Source: Alphaproteobacteria bacterium UBA5343
GTDB taxonomy: Bacteria; Pseudomonadota; Alphaproteobacteria; RF32; UBA5343
Assembly: GCA_002410125.1 (NCBI GenBank)
Contig: DHQH01000079.1
Location: 400 to 38,626, forward strand
Length of the DNA: 38,227 bases
Direction of reading: 5' to 3'
The position numbers and the translations under genes were made by a program. Below, piece by piece: positions 28,105-37,448 of this stretch; the stretch's first letter is position 1, and each line of letters opens with the position of its first letter. The notes below the pieces were generated by a model that worked only from the letters and a program-made list of their open reading frames with translations, was not told where the DNA came from and ran no database searches.

Positions 28105-28596
28105 CTACTCTCCGTCTGTTTTATAAGAAGTCTTAGACAAAGAAATAATCAAATCATGCAAATGTTTAGCTGTATTTCTATTTGGAATTTTATAATAAGC
28201 TCTAACAAGTTCAATAGTTTCTTTTTTACTCATTGGGTCATTCTTAAATTCATCTCTATCTTCAGACAAGGCCTCAACAATTTCATCTTCAGGGAGAATG
28301 AAATTTCTAGGGCTTTGATTTGATGTGGATTTATCCATATCTTCAAAGAAGAAAGAAACATTAACATCTAAAACTTTACTAATATCATATAATCTACTAG
28401 CACTAATTCTATTCATACCCTTTTCATATTTTTGAACTTGTTGAAAGGTAAGTCCTAATAATTTGCCAAGTTTTTCTTGACTGATGTTTAGTAGCATTCT
28501 TCTAAGTTTAACTCTGCCACCTACATGCACATCAATTGGATTTGGTTGTCCCGTTGGTGTTCTGCCTCTGCTAACTCTTCTTGAAACTTTTGTCAT
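28105..28596 (-). CDS. XRE-family helix-turn-helix transcriptional regulator
   Basis: 163 aa. HTH_3-type segment LLNISQEKLGKLLGLTFQQVQKYEKGMNRISASRLYDISKVL. Occupies the lnt/metK-adjacent position seen for this regulator in Alphaproteobacteria. Confidence 0.8.
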   Translation of the reverse strand: MTKVSRRVSRGRTPTGQPNPIDVHVGGRVKLRRMLLNISQEKLGKLLGLTFQQVQKYEKGMNRISASRLYDISKVLDVNVSFFFEDMDKSTSNQSPRNFILPEDEIVEALSEDRDEFKNDPMSKKETIELVRAYYKIPNRNTAKHLHDLIISLSKTSYKTDGE

Positions 28597-28616
28597 ATTT
28601 AAAACCTTTTTCTATT

Positions 28617-28648
28617 TCTATAATTTCAAATTTTGTACAATACAAAAT
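28617..28648 (-). promoter_or_regulatory. Candidate promoter plus palindromic operator upstream of the XRE gene
   Basis: Perfect inverted repeat attttgta-caa-tacaaaat (28630-28648). It overlaps a minus-strand TTGTAT-17-TATAGA promoter-like element (28645-28640 / 28622-28617). Confidence 0.3.
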
Positions 28649-28668
28649 GTCATAATATTTTATGAAGG

Positions 28669-30096
28669 TCAATATAAATCGACATTTGGTAAGAATACAT
28701 CAACATAATTTTTTTCATTAAGTCCAATGCTTGCAATCTCTCTACCATATTTATCAAATATAGCACTAATTCCGGAGTTAGCAACCCTAACCAAAGTTCT
28801 AGATTCTTCAATAGATCTAAACTTTGCTGATATGAGATGTTGATATGGTCCTGCACTAACTCCATACCATCCATCATTTGTTAAATTTAAAATCCATTCA
28901 GGCTTATTTTTTTCATTAACAACAGCATTTGGGAAGATTACTTCATAACATATAATAGGGCTAAAACTAGGAATGCCAGCAATACTCAATGTTCTTCGTC
29001 CTTTACCTTTCATAAAGTCAGCAAGCCCCTTAGTAATCTTTTTAATATTAAATGGTAGATATTTTTTCAGTGGAATATATTCCCCAAATGGAACCAGATG
29101 ATATTTATCATAGAAATCTTTAATCTCACCTTTTTTATCTATCACAAACATTGAGTTATAAGGTGAAAATTTCCCAGTCTCTATATTATAAGCATATCTA
29201 ACCAACCCTGTAATTAAATGTCCATTTTTTGGTATGGCTTTAGTTATTTCTTCTAATTTTGCCTTGTCCATATCAAGTGGATAGGGAGTTGCAGTCTCAC
29301 CCCATATAACTAAATCCACATCATCAAGGCCATCTTTCGCACTAAGTTCAATATGTTCTTTAAAGTTATTATAGAGAGCATCTTGGCTCCATTTTTGAAC
29401 TTGCGGAATTGCAGGTTGCACAATTCTAACCTTAAAATCGCTAAATTTAATTGGATTATCCTTTAACTTTAAATAACCATATAAAAAACTTCCGCCAATC
29501 AATAAAACTATTGCAGAAATATAAATAAGATATATCTTGTTTTTATAGGTTTCTCTGTATGTTAATTGATATATCATTACTGCAATTAACATTGTAAAAA
29601 AACTAAGCCCAAATGCACCAATTACACTTAAAACCTGTAATATCTCGTCTGAAAAAGCCCATATGGTTCCTGCCATATTCCAAGGAAAACCAGTAAATAT
29701 AAAACTTCTAATCCATTCAAATAAGATAAAATATATTACAAAAGAAAAATCTTTTAACAATTTGTTTTTGTGATAGGAACTAAGCCATAGAGGAATAGCA
29801 AAAAATAAGCCAAAGAAACTCCCGCAAGCAATCAGGGCGATTGGATATAGCCAACCAAAGTTAGTCACATCTACTAAAAGTGCATTACCAACCCAAGAAA
29901 ATCCATAAGCAAAATGACCAAATCCAAAAAACCACCCAAGCCAGAACTTATGTTTTTTAGTCTCAATCACATCATTAAAAGCAAAAAGAGCACAAATGCT
30001 AGCAAAAAATATTGGCAATACAAAATAAGGAGGAAATGCCCAAACGGAAATTACCCCAGCAATTATTGCTAACATATATATTCTTTTCAAATTCAT
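28669..30096 (-). CDS. lnt: Apolipoprotein N-acyltransferase
   Basis: 475 aa. N-terminal multi-TM region plus CN-hydrolase domain (VIWGETA, KYHLVPFGEYIP, PIICYE). Confidence 0.9.
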   Translation of the reverse strand: MNLKRIYMLAIIAGVISVWAFPPYFVLPIFFASICALFAFNDVIETKKHKFWLGWFFGFGHFAYGFSWVGNALLVDVTNFGWLYPIALIACGSFFGLFFAIPLWLSSYHKNKLLKDFSFVIYFILFEWIRSFIFTGFPWNMAGTIWAFSDEILQVLSVIGAFGLSFFTMLIAVMIYQLTYRETYKNKIYLIYISAIVLLIGGSFLYGYLKLKDNPIKFSDFKVRIVQPAIPQVQKWSQDALYNNFKEHIELSAKDGLDDVDLVIWGETATPYPLDMDKAKLEEITKAIPKNGHLITGLVRYAYNIETGKFSPYNSMFVIDKKGEIKDFYDKYHLVPFGEYIPLKKYLPFNIKKITKGLADFMKGKGRRTLSIAGIPSFSPIICYEVIFPNAVVNEKNKPEWILNLTNDGWYGVSAGPYQHLISAKFRSIEESRTLVRVANSGISAIFDKYGREIASIGLNEKNYVDVFLPNVDLY

Positions 30097-30103
30097 TTAT
30101 CTA

Positions 30104-30997
30104 TTACTTTTTTATATCAATATTAAGTATCATAACTCTCAATATTCTTCTTTGATCCGCTTCTAAAATTCTAAATTTAATATCGCCTTTATAACTAACA
30201 ATCTCACCTTTTGCTGGCACTCTTTTTAATAAATGGAATACAAACCCACCAAGAGTATCAATATTGTATTCTTCATCTTCAATTTGCTCAAATAAGTCAT
30301 ATCCAATAATCTCTTCAATATCTTTTATCTCAGCTCTTGCATCTGCTTCAATGCTATCTTCATTAACTATTATTTGTGGAGGGGTCTCAATATCGTATTC
30401 ATCAGCAATATCTCCCACAATTTCCTCAATCAAATCCTCAATAGTGATGATACCATCAACTCCACCATATTCATCAACCACCATCACCATTTGTGTTCTT
30501 CTAATTTGCATTTCTTGTAAAAGATTTAAGATTCTCATAGAAGGAGACACAAATAAAACATTCTTATTTGCAATATCTTCCATTGTCACATCATTGTCCT
30601 CAATGATATTTGCCATCACATCTTTTGCATGTGCAATGCCGATAATCTCATCCAAATCACCTTTATAAATAGGAACCCGTGAATGACCAGATTGAATAAT
30701 TTTACTCGCAATATATTTTAAGTCTCTATTATAAGAACAAGCCACAATATCGGCTCTTGGAATCATAACATCAGAGCATTTCTTGTTTTTAAAATCTAAG
30801 ATATTTTTAAGAAGTAAATGCTCATGCTCAGAAAAATTGATATTATCATCATCACAAGCCTCATCAATTAGCTCTTCAATAACATACCTAACATCCTCAT
30901 TATTTTTTTTCTTAAATACATTTTTTATTTTACCGAAAAATTTTCCATTACTATTTTTATTACAAATATTGGTATTTTCCGACTGCTCTTCTTTCAT
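30104..30997 (-). CDS. corC: CBS-pair plus CorC/HlyC-domain protein (CorC/TlyC family)
   Basis: 297 aa. Two CBS domains and a C-terminal transporter-associated domain. Lies between ybeY and lnt. Confidence 0.88.
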   Translation of the reverse strand: MKEEQSENTNICNKNSNGKFFGKIKNVFKKKNNEDVRYVIEELIDEACDDDNINFSEHEHLLLKNILDFKNKKCSDVMIPRADIVACSYNRDLKYIASKIIQSGHSRVPIYKGDLDEIIGIAHAKDVMANIIEDNDVTMEDIANKNVLFVSPSMRILNLLQEMQIRRTQMVMVVDEYGGVDGIITIEDLIEEIVGDIADEYDIETPPQIIVNEDSIEADARAEIKDIEEIIGYDLFEQIEDEEYNIDTLGGFVFHLLKRVPAKGEIVSYKGDIKFRILEADQRRILRVMILNIDIKK

Positions 30998-31032
30998 TTT
31001 TTTATCCTTTGCTCCTTTGCAAAATATGTTAT

Positions 31033-31530
31033 CTAATTATTATAAGGGTTTTTTATATTAAATTCATCCATTATTTTTATTTCTAAATTTTCCATTTCTT
31101 CCGCCTCATCGTTATCGATATGATCAAATCCTAGTAAATGAAGCATCCCATGACATAGCAGATGATATAGATGATCTTTAATTTCTATGTTAGTATCATT
31201 TGCCTCTTTTTTTAAGGTATCATAAGAAATCACAATATCGCCAAGCAATACTGTATTTTCTTCTTCTATAAAATCTAAACCATAATCAATATTAGCAAAA
31301 GAAATCACATTAGTAGCCTTGTCTTTTCCTCTATATTCTTTATTTATTTCCTGAATTTGTTTATCATCAATAAGAGCAATACTAACCTCAGGAATTTTTC
31401 CCTTAAGGTCTATCTCGTCTTTAACTTCTAGAAATGTTTTGGTTAATACTTTTTTACAAATTTCATCTATTGCATCAATTTTATGCCATTCATCATATTC
31501 ACAAGCTATATCAAATTTAACTATCGACAT
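31033..31530 (-). CDS. ybeY: rRNA maturation endoribonuclease YbeY
   Basis: Zinc motif HLLCHGMLHLLGFDH. Start re-called to the ATG at 31530 (MSIVKFDI...), 1 nt after the phoH stop. The track start at 31569 would overlap phoH by 38 nt. Confidence 0.85.
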   Translation of the reverse strand: MSIVKFDIACEYDEWHKIDAIDEICKKVLTKTFLEVKDEIDLKGKIPEVSIALIDDKQIQEINKEYRGKDKATNVISFANIDYGLDFIEEENTVLLGDIVISYDTLKKEANDTNIEIKDHLYHLLCHGMLHLLGFDHIDNDEAEEMENLEIKIMDEFNIKNPYNN

Positions 31531-31531
31531 T

Positions 31532-32527
31532 TTACTCTTCATTGACTGCATTTTTATATTTTTCATCATAGGCTTTTACAATTTTAGCTACCAAGCCATG
31601 TCTTACAACATCTTTGTCGTCAAACTTAATGCATTCTACATTTTTCAAATTCTTTAAGGTATAAATTGCATCTCTTAAACCTGAAATCACTCCATTTGGC
31701 AAGTCAGTCTGGCTCATGTCGCCATTAACCACCATACGAGAATTTTCGCCAAGTCTGGTTAAAAACATTTTCATTTGTTGAACTGTAGTATTTTGAGCCT
31801 CATCCAAAATAACAAAAGCATTAGATAAAGTTCTACCTCTCATAAAAGCAAGTGGTGCCACTTCTATTACACCGCTTTCAAGTAATTTTTCAGTTTGCTC
31901 TTGTGGCATCATATCATTAATAGCATCATATAAAGGTCTAAGATATGGATCGATTTTTTCTTTCAAATCCCCAGGTAAGAAACCTAAATGTTCTCCAGCT
32001 TCAACAGCAGGTCTTGACAAGATAATTCTCTCAATTTTACCCTCAATTAACATTAATACCGCATAAGCAACGGCTAAATATGTTTTACCAGTACCAGCAG
32101 GTCCTAAACCAAAAACCAGTTCATTATTTATCATTGCTCTTACATAATCAGCCTGATTAACCGATCTTGGATAAATGTGTTTTTTTCTAGTTTTTAATAC
32201 GATTTCTTGTTCGTCTTTGCTGTTACGATTTTCATTATCCATATTTTTATCCTTACCATTACTTTTTTGATTTACAATTCTCATAATTCCATCAATATCA
32301 CCATCATCAACATCAATATTTCTATCTAATTTGTCATATATGATATTAAGAGCCTCATTAGCTTTATCAATTGCTTCTTTTGTTTTTCCAATAATTTTTA
32401 CTTGATTGCCCATCACTAAGATTTCGACATCAAATTTATCTTCTATTTTTTTGATATTACAATCGTGAACACCGATCATTGATTGAACTGTTTTATTGTC
32501 TTCAAACTCAAGAAAAGAACTATTCAT
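31532..32527 (-). CDS. phoH: PhoH-like ATPase (YbeZ)
   Basis: Walker A GPAGTGKTYLAVA, Walker B ILDEAQN. Start re-called to the ATG at 32527 (SD aaggg, 1 nt after the miaB stop). The track start is GTG at 32548. Confidence 0.92.
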   Translation of the reverse strand: MNSSFLEFEDNKTVQSMIGVHDCNIKKIEDKFDVEILVMGNQVKIIGKTKEAIDKANEALNIIYDKLDRNIDVDDGDIDGIMRIVNQKSNGKDKNMDNENRNSKDEQEIVLKTRKKHIYPRSVNQADYVRAMINNELVFGLGPAGTGKTYLAVAYAVLMLIEGKIERIILSRPAVEAGEHLGFLPGDLKEKIDPYLRPLYDAINDMMPQEQTEKLLESGVIEVAPLAFMRGRTLSNAFVILDEAQNTTVQQMKMFLTRLGENSRMVVNGDMSQTDLPNGVISGLRDAIYTLKNLKNVECIKFDDKDVVRHGLVAKIVKAYDEKYKNAVNEE

Positions 32528-32528
32528 A

Positions 32529-33881
32529 CTACCCTTTAACCTTCTCACCTTTTAAAGAATTAGTTGTTGCATCTATTATCTTAACATCAATTAATTTATT
32601 AATACAGTTAAAATCTGCCTCTGCATATAAGTTTTGCATATATGGAGTCCTGCCTACCAATTGTCCTTTATGTCGTCCTTTTTGTTCAAATAACACAGGC
32701 ATAGTTTTATCAATACAATCCTTATTAAATTTATTTTGATATGAAAATAACAAATCTTGCAAAATTTGTAATCTTTCAGTTTTCACATTTTCTTCTATTT
32801 GATTTTTCATAATTGCTGCTGGGGTTCCAGCCCTTTGACTATACTTAAATGAAAATGCTTGGATAAATTTCACTTCATTCACAATTCTAATTGTTTTTTC
32901 AAAATCCTTATCACTCTCTCCAGGAAAGCCCACAATAAAATCAGAACTAAACCCAATCTCAGAATTTGCTTTAAGCAATTTCTCAACCAGTCTTAAATAT
33001 TCACTAGCACTATATCTTCTATTCATTGCCTTGAGGATTATATCTGATCCTGCTTGGATAGGTAGGTGTAAATAAGGCATAAGTTCTTTGATGTTTTTAT
33101 GAGCCTCAATTAAATCATCATCAACATCGGCAGGATAAGAAGTTGTGTATCTAATTCTCTTTAACCCATCAATCTCAGCTAATTTGTTAATCAAATATGC
33201 AATATTTCGCTCTTTGCCATTCTTATCTTCACCATGATAAGAATTCACATTTTGCCCTAGCAGATTAATCTCTAAAGTTCCCGTATTAACTAAACTTTTA
33301 GCCTCTTTTAAAACATCTTCAATCGGTCTTGAATATTCAATTCCTCTAGTATAAGGAACAACACAATAAGTGCAAAAATTATCGCATCCCTCCTGAATTG
33401 CCAAAAATGAGCAAGCTCCTTGAGATTTATTGTCTGGTAAATAATCAAATTTTGGCTCCGCATAAAATTCTGTATCAATAAGACCAAAATTATTACCTTC
33501 TTCGCTATCTCTTTTGCTAAGAACTTTCTTTAGCAGTTCTGGTAGTTTGTGATAGGCAAGGGGGCCAAGAGCAATATCAACATAAGGAGCTCTTTTTATT
33601 ATAACATCATCCTCAGCCTGTACAACACAACCCATTACCACAATGATAGTATCTTTGCCTTGTTTTTCTCTTACATTTTTTACCTTTTTAGCTCGACCTA
33701 AATCAGAAAAAACTTTCTCAGCGGCTTTTTCTCTAATATGGCATGTATTAAATAAGATAATATCTCCCTCCGAGATTTTATCTGTTTCCTCATAGCCATA
33801 TTTTTTCATTAAATCCGCGATTCGTTTAGAATCATAAACATTCATTTGACAACCAAATGTTTTTATAAAAATTTTTTTCAT
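32529..33881 (-). CDS. miaB: tRNA-i6A37 methylthiotransferase MiaB
   Basis: N-terminal FIKTFGCQMNVYDS, radical-SAM CDNFCTYC, C-terminal TRAM. Start re-called to the ATG at 33881 (MKKIFIKTFGCQMN), which removes the overlap with the Sel1 gene. Confidence 0.93.
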   Translation of the reverse strand: MKKIFIKTFGCQMNVYDSKRIADLMKKYGYEETDKISEGDIILFNTCHIREKAAEKVFSDLGRAKKVKNVREKQGKDTIIVVMGCVVQAEDDVIIKRAPYVDIALGPLAYHKLPELLKKVLSKRDSEEGNNFGLIDTEFYAEPKFDYLPDNKSQGACSFLAIQEGCDNFCTYCVVPYTRGIEYSRPIEDVLKEAKSLVNTGTLEINLLGQNVNSYHGEDKNGKERNIAYLINKLAEIDGLKRIRYTTSYPADVDDDLIEAHKNIKELMPYLHLPIQAGSDIILKAMNRRYSASEYLRLVEKLLKANSEIGFSSDFIVGFPGESDKDFEKTIRIVNEVKFIQAFSFKYSQRAGTPAAIMKNQIEENVKTERLQILQDLLFSYQNKFNKDCIDKTMPVLFEQKGRHKGQLVGRTPYMQNLYAEADFNCINKLIDVKIIDATTNSLKGEKVKG

Positions 33882-33909
33882 TTCTTCTTTTATTTTCACT
33901 TTCAAATTC

Positions 33910-34431
33910 TTAAGGGATTTCTTTTGATAATCTTCTTCTTTTGTCAGCATGTTGTACCCATGCCCCAACCATCGGCACTACTTCATTTTCTATTACATTT
34001 TTATCAATCTGCTTTTCTAACCTTTTTTGTTTGGCCTTAGCATTTTCATTACCATAATAAGCCGCAATAGAATACCAAATCATAGCACTAACAGGTTTGC
34101 GATTAGTATCATAACTATATTTATTTTCACCCTTTAGGGCCATGTCCCCAAGTTTCAACATCGCCTCTTGATGATTGTCAGCTGCCGCAGCTCTAAAAAA
34201 ATATATTGCTCTATAATTATTTTTTTGGGCATAAATTCCATCATAAAGTCTTTTTGCATATGCATATTTATATTCAGAATTACCTTTTATATTAGCACAA
34301 GCATTATATATAGAATCAGCTGTTAGGTTTCTATTCCTTTTATCAAGCCTTTCAGCTAAGCTACACATATCTGCTCTTACAGATGATATGTTAACAAGAA
34401 AAATCAATAATATTAAAAGGTAAAATTTCAT
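33910..34431 (-). CDS. Secreted Sel1-repeat protein
   Basis: 173 aa. Signal peptide MKFYLLILLIFLVNISSVRA, then Sel1-like repeats (AIYFFRAAAADNHQEAMLKLGDMAL, AMIWYSIAAYYGNENAKAK). Confidence 0.7.
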   Translation of the reverse strand: MKFYLLILLIFLVNISSVRADMCSLAERLDKRNRNLTADSIYNACANIKGNSEYKYAYAKRLYDGIYAQKNNYRAIYFFRAAAADNHQEAMLKLGDMALKGENKYSYDTNRKPVSAMIWYSIAAYYGNENAKAKQKRLEKQIDKNVIENEVVPMVGAWVQHADKRRRLSKEIP

Positions 34432-34523
34432 TTTTTAAATCTACTTAACTCCAAAATTTGAGGATATTTTAATACATATTTCTTAATATGCTATAAAAAT
34501 CGTATGATTTTTTCGAGATTCTT

Positions 34524-34552
34524 TTGAAAAATATTTCAAAAAGGTGTATATT
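34524..34552 (+). promoter_or_regulatory. Candidate sigma70-type promoter of the TerB-like operon
   Basis: TTGAAA (34524-34529), 17-nt spacer, TATATT (34547-34552). About 40-nt leader with ggaga 5 nt before the ATG at 34596. Confidence 0.35.
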
Positions 34553-34595
34553 ATAAATACAAGATATTTTATTTAGTACGAATTTGGAGATAAAA

Positions 34596-35018
34596 ATGGA
34601 ATATATAGAACTTCTAAGTGAAGACAAAAAAATAGCTTTTATGATTGCTCTTGCTCATATTGGTCATTCAGACAATAACTTTGATGAGGATGAAAAAGCA
34701 TTCATAAAGGCAACAGCTAGTATGATAGGTATTGGCAATGATAAGTTAGGAGCAGTTGTAAAAGCCTATAGCGATAAAGAAGTGGTAGAAATTGTCAAAA
34801 CTATCAATGATAGAAGGGCTGCTTTAGAATTAATCAGAGAAATGTGTACTATTGCCCATGAAGATGGCGACCTATCAGATGAAGAAACAATTTCTATTGC
34901 TAAAATTGGTCTAGCTATGGGAGTTGATCTAGACAAGATAGAAGAAATTAGTAAATGGGTGATTGAAGGCTTAATCTGGAGAGATGAAGGTCAGTTGATT
35001 TTTGAAAAAGCAGTATGA
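34596..35018 (+). CDS. TerB-like (tellurite-resistance TerB / DjlA-N fold) domain protein
   Basis: 140 aa. Two helical D/E-rich repeats of the TerB pattern (AHIGHSDNNFDEDEKAFIKATASMIGI and AHEDGDLSDEETISIAKIGLAMGVD). Start re-called from TTG 34584 to ATG 34596. Confidence 0.5.
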   Translation: MEYIELLSEDKKIAFMIALAHIGHSDNNFDEDEKAFIKATASMIGIGNDKLGAVVKAYSDKEVVEIVKTINDRRAALELIREMCTIAHEDGDLSDEETISIAKIGLAMGVDLDKIEEISKWVIEGLIWRDEGQLIFEKAV

Positions 35019-35038
35019 TGCTGTTTTAGGAGGCTGTT

Positions 35039-35824
35039 ATGGCAGATTTAAAAAATAATAATGACTTAAATGAAACAAAAATAAAAATCCAGCAAGAAAA
35101 CCCTGAGTTAACTGGATCACAAGTTCATGCTATAGCCCTAGCTATTTCAGAAGAGAAATCTGGTGCAGAAATTGGTAGTACTAATGAATATTATAATATG
35201 ATGGAACATGGTGAACGAATTGTTAATGAATTCAACGATGGTGTGATAACTCACGATGACCTAAATCATTACTTTGATTTTACAAAAGAGTTATATGAAA
35301 GAGAAGTAGAAATTAATATGTCTATCGGTATAATAGAGGGGATTCCTGCAACTCATATGACTCCATTTATCAAAGAGAGGTTAGATCTCCTAAAAGAAAA
35401 AAGAATGAAACTAGTTCAAACCAGACAAATTATTGATAGAGCTACAGATGGTAAAAGATATGTCAATGAGCAGGAAGTAACCCCAAAAGAACAAAAAATG
35501 GCAGGAAATTTAAAAAAAGCCCTTGTTTACACTGCAGCAGGCAAAGAAATACCAACTCATGCGGCAAGGATGATGGGTATTGAAGTTCCACAAGATGTAG
35601 CTCAGATGTCACTAATGAAAAGACAAGAAAAAGCAAATGAAATAGTTACTGAAGAGAATTTAGGCGATAGGCTAAATAGACTAAGAGGGTTGGCTGGTAA
35701 GACAGAAGCTAATCATATCAGAAAGGCAGAGCTAATGAAAAAAAGAAACATTTCTCATGCTTTCAACTCACAAGAAGCTCAAGCCTTATTGGCGCAAAGG
35801 GCTGAGACAGAAAGAAGTTTATAA
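35039..35824 (+). CDS. Hypothetical protein (orphan), co-operonic with the TerB-like gene
   Basis: 261 aa. Strong SD aggagg, 20-nt gap after the TerB-like gene. Helical and charged, no TM or signal peptide, no family I recognise. Confidence 0.45.
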   Translation: MADLKNNNDLNETKIKIQQENPELTGSQVHAIALAISEEKSGAEIGSTNEYYNMMEHGERIVNEFNDGVITHDDLNHYFDFTKELYEREVEINMSIGIIEGIPATHMTPFIKERLDLLKEKRMKLVQTRQIIDRATDGKRYVNEQEVTPKEQKMAGNLKKALVYTAAGKEIPTHAARMMGIEVPQDVAQMSLMKRQEKANEIVTEENLGDRLNRLRGLAGKTEANHIRKAELMKKRNISHAFNSQEAQALLAQRAETERSL

Positions 35825-35858
35825 AATCTTATAACATTTTGTTGAATTTATATTATAT

Positions 35859-35892
35859 AAGTGATACTTCTTATAGTATCACTTATTTTTTT
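35859..35892 (+). terminator. Intrinsic terminator after the orphan gene
   Basis: aagtgatac-ttcttata-gtatcactt (9 bp perfect) followed by attttttt. Confidence 0.8.
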
Positions 35893-35911
35893 AATTAATA
35901 TGAGGCATATC

Positions 35912-36211
35912 ATGGGAGCAATTTTAGAACCAATTTTTTATATCCTAAGCATTTTAATGGATCTATATGTAAAAGTAATAGTAATAGAGGTTATCCTTAA
36001 TTGGTGTATAGCTTTAGGTATTGTGTCTACTTCAAATGATATTGTTGCAAGAATAGAAGAATTCTTAAATAAACTAACAGAGCCTTTATATAAAATTGTA
36101 AGAAGATATATTCCCCCAATCGCAGGAATTGATATCTCTCCAGTTGTACTGATCTTATTTATGATTTTTGCTCAAAGATTAGTCTATAGAATTGGTGAGT
36201 TATTAATCTAG
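35912..36211 (+). CDS. yggT: YggT-family membrane protein
   Basis: 99 aa from the ATG at 35912 (SD gagg 6 nt upstream). Two to three TM helices. YGGT-like pattern (IPPIAGIDISPVVLIL). The track start lies inside the upstream terminator. Confidence 0.75.
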   Translation: MGAILEPIFYILSILMDLYVKVIVIEVILNWCIALGIVSTSNDIVARIEEFLNKLTEPLYKIVRRYIPPIAGIDISPVVLILFMIFAQRLVYRIGELLI

Positions 36212-36519
36212 TGTCATTTTTCACTATCAAAGACCAAAATAGCCTAATTTTATCGATTAAATTAACTCCTAATGCCAAAAAAACATCAATAATTGGTGTT
36301 TCTTGTGACGATAAATATGGACATTTTATAAAGATTAGTGTTACAACTATCCCAGAAAAAGGAAAAGCTAATAAAGACCTAATAGCTTTCCTCTCAAAAA
36401 CCTTAAAAATAGCTAAATCAAATTTTGAAATAATATCAGGCATGACTGATAGATATAAAAAAATTATGATAATAGGCGATGTGGAATATATAGAAGAAAA
36501 ATTAAAGAGGCTGAAATGA
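36211..36519 (+). CDS. yggU: DUF167 (YggU) family protein
   Basis: 102 aa. TPNAKKTSI..., IPEKGKANKDLIAFLSKTLKIAKSNFEIISGMTDRYKKI matches the YggU pattern. GTG start overlaps the yggT stop. Confidence 0.75.
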   Translation: MSFFTIKDQNSLILSIKLTPNAKKTSIIGVSCDDKYGHFIKISVTTIPEKGKANKDLIAFLSKTLKIAKSNFEIISGMTDRYKKIMIIGDVEYIEEKLKRLK

Positions 36520-37382
36520 CAATATTAATAGACGGCAAAAAAATAGCATCCCAAATAAAAGAGAATATTAAAAAAGAATTAGAAAGCCTTACTTCTAAGC
36601 CATCTTTTGCAATAATTTTAGTCGGCAATAACTCAGCAAGTGAGATTTATGTTAGAAACAAAATAAGGGAAGCTCAAAATATTGGTATTATTGCTAACCT
36701 TTTTCGATTTTCAGAAGATGTAACCCAGTCAGAGATTACTAACAAAATAAAAGAATTAAATAAAGATGATAATACTCACGGTATTATTATTCAAATGCCT
36801 CTTCCCAAACAAATAGATACTAAAGAAATAATAAATATCATAAATCCAAGTAAAGATGTTGATGGTTTTAACCCTATAAATGTTGGAAAACTCAATATAG
36901 GTATTGAAAAAGATACCTTATTACCATGTACCCCAAAAGGATGCATTTATTTATTAAAAACTATTGAAGAAAATTTATCTGGTAAAAATGCTCTTGTCAT
37001 TGGTAGATCAAATATTGTTGGTCGTCCGCTTGCTAATCTTTTGGTTCATGAAAATTGCACCGTAACTATGGCCCACTCTCATACTAAAAACCTAAAAGAT
37101 TTATGTCTCAATTCAGACATTATCATTTCTGCAGTTGGCTCGCCAAATTTAGTAACCGCTGATATGATAAAGAAAGATGCAATATTAATTGATGTTGCAA
37201 TCAATCAAAAGGGTATGACAGAATCAGGAAAGCATATTTTATGTGGTGATATGGATTATAATTCAATACTAGGAGCAGGTATCGCTAAAGCAATTTCTCC
37301 TGTTCCAGGTGGTGTTGGTCCTATGACAATCGCTATGTTGTTATCAAATGTGTTAACAGCTTATAATAATAATTCAAAATAA
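36516..37382 (+). CDS. folD: Bifunctional methylenetetrahydrofolate dehydrogenase/cyclohydrolase
   Basis: 288 aa. VGRSNIVGRPLANLL, PVPGGVGPMTIAMLL. Confidence 0.95.
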   Translation: MTILIDGKKIASQIKENIKKELESLTSKPSFAIILVGNNSASEIYVRNKIREAQNIGIIANLFRFSEDVTQSEITNKIKELNKDDNTHGIIIQMPLPKQIDTKEIINIINPSKDVDGFNPINVGKLNIGIEKDTLLPCTPKGCIYLLKTIEENLSGKNALVIGRSNIVGRPLANLLVHENCTVTMAHSHTKNLKDLCLNSDIIISAVGSPNLVTADMIKKDAILIDVAINQKGMTESGKHILCGDMDYNSILGAGIAKAISPVPGGVGPMTIAMLLSNVLTAYNNNSK

Positions 37383-37448
37383 TTTTACATATCTGTTTTT
37401 TAGTGGTAAATTCTTTTCAAAATTGCTTGAAATAGGATTAATCATAAA

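Noticed and set aside
30264-30668. Antisense or shadow ORFs in the six-frame track (235-450, 4296-4550, 4705-4899, 4872-5054, 6175-6390, 6499-6744, 6820-7074, 7952-8188, 14396-14599, 16916-17258, 19414-19662, 21282-21476, 21764-21955, 23819-24052, 24294-24596, 25097-25506, 25567-25806, 26390-26602, 28484-28877, 30264-31061, 31439-31657, 32479-32739, 33846-34040, 36159-36443, 37799-38065)
   Set aside because: All lie inside or antisense to well-supported genes. They have S/I/L/F-rich low-complexity translations typical of off-frame reading of AT-rich coding DNA, and they lack an SD or any homology logic.
34432-34583. Origin of replication at the minus-to-plus gene-orientation switch
   Set aside because: There are no DnaA-box-like sequences in the 152-nt gap. 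Only 3.5 kb of plus-strand genes are visible, so the switch may be local. The region is explained by divergent promoters.
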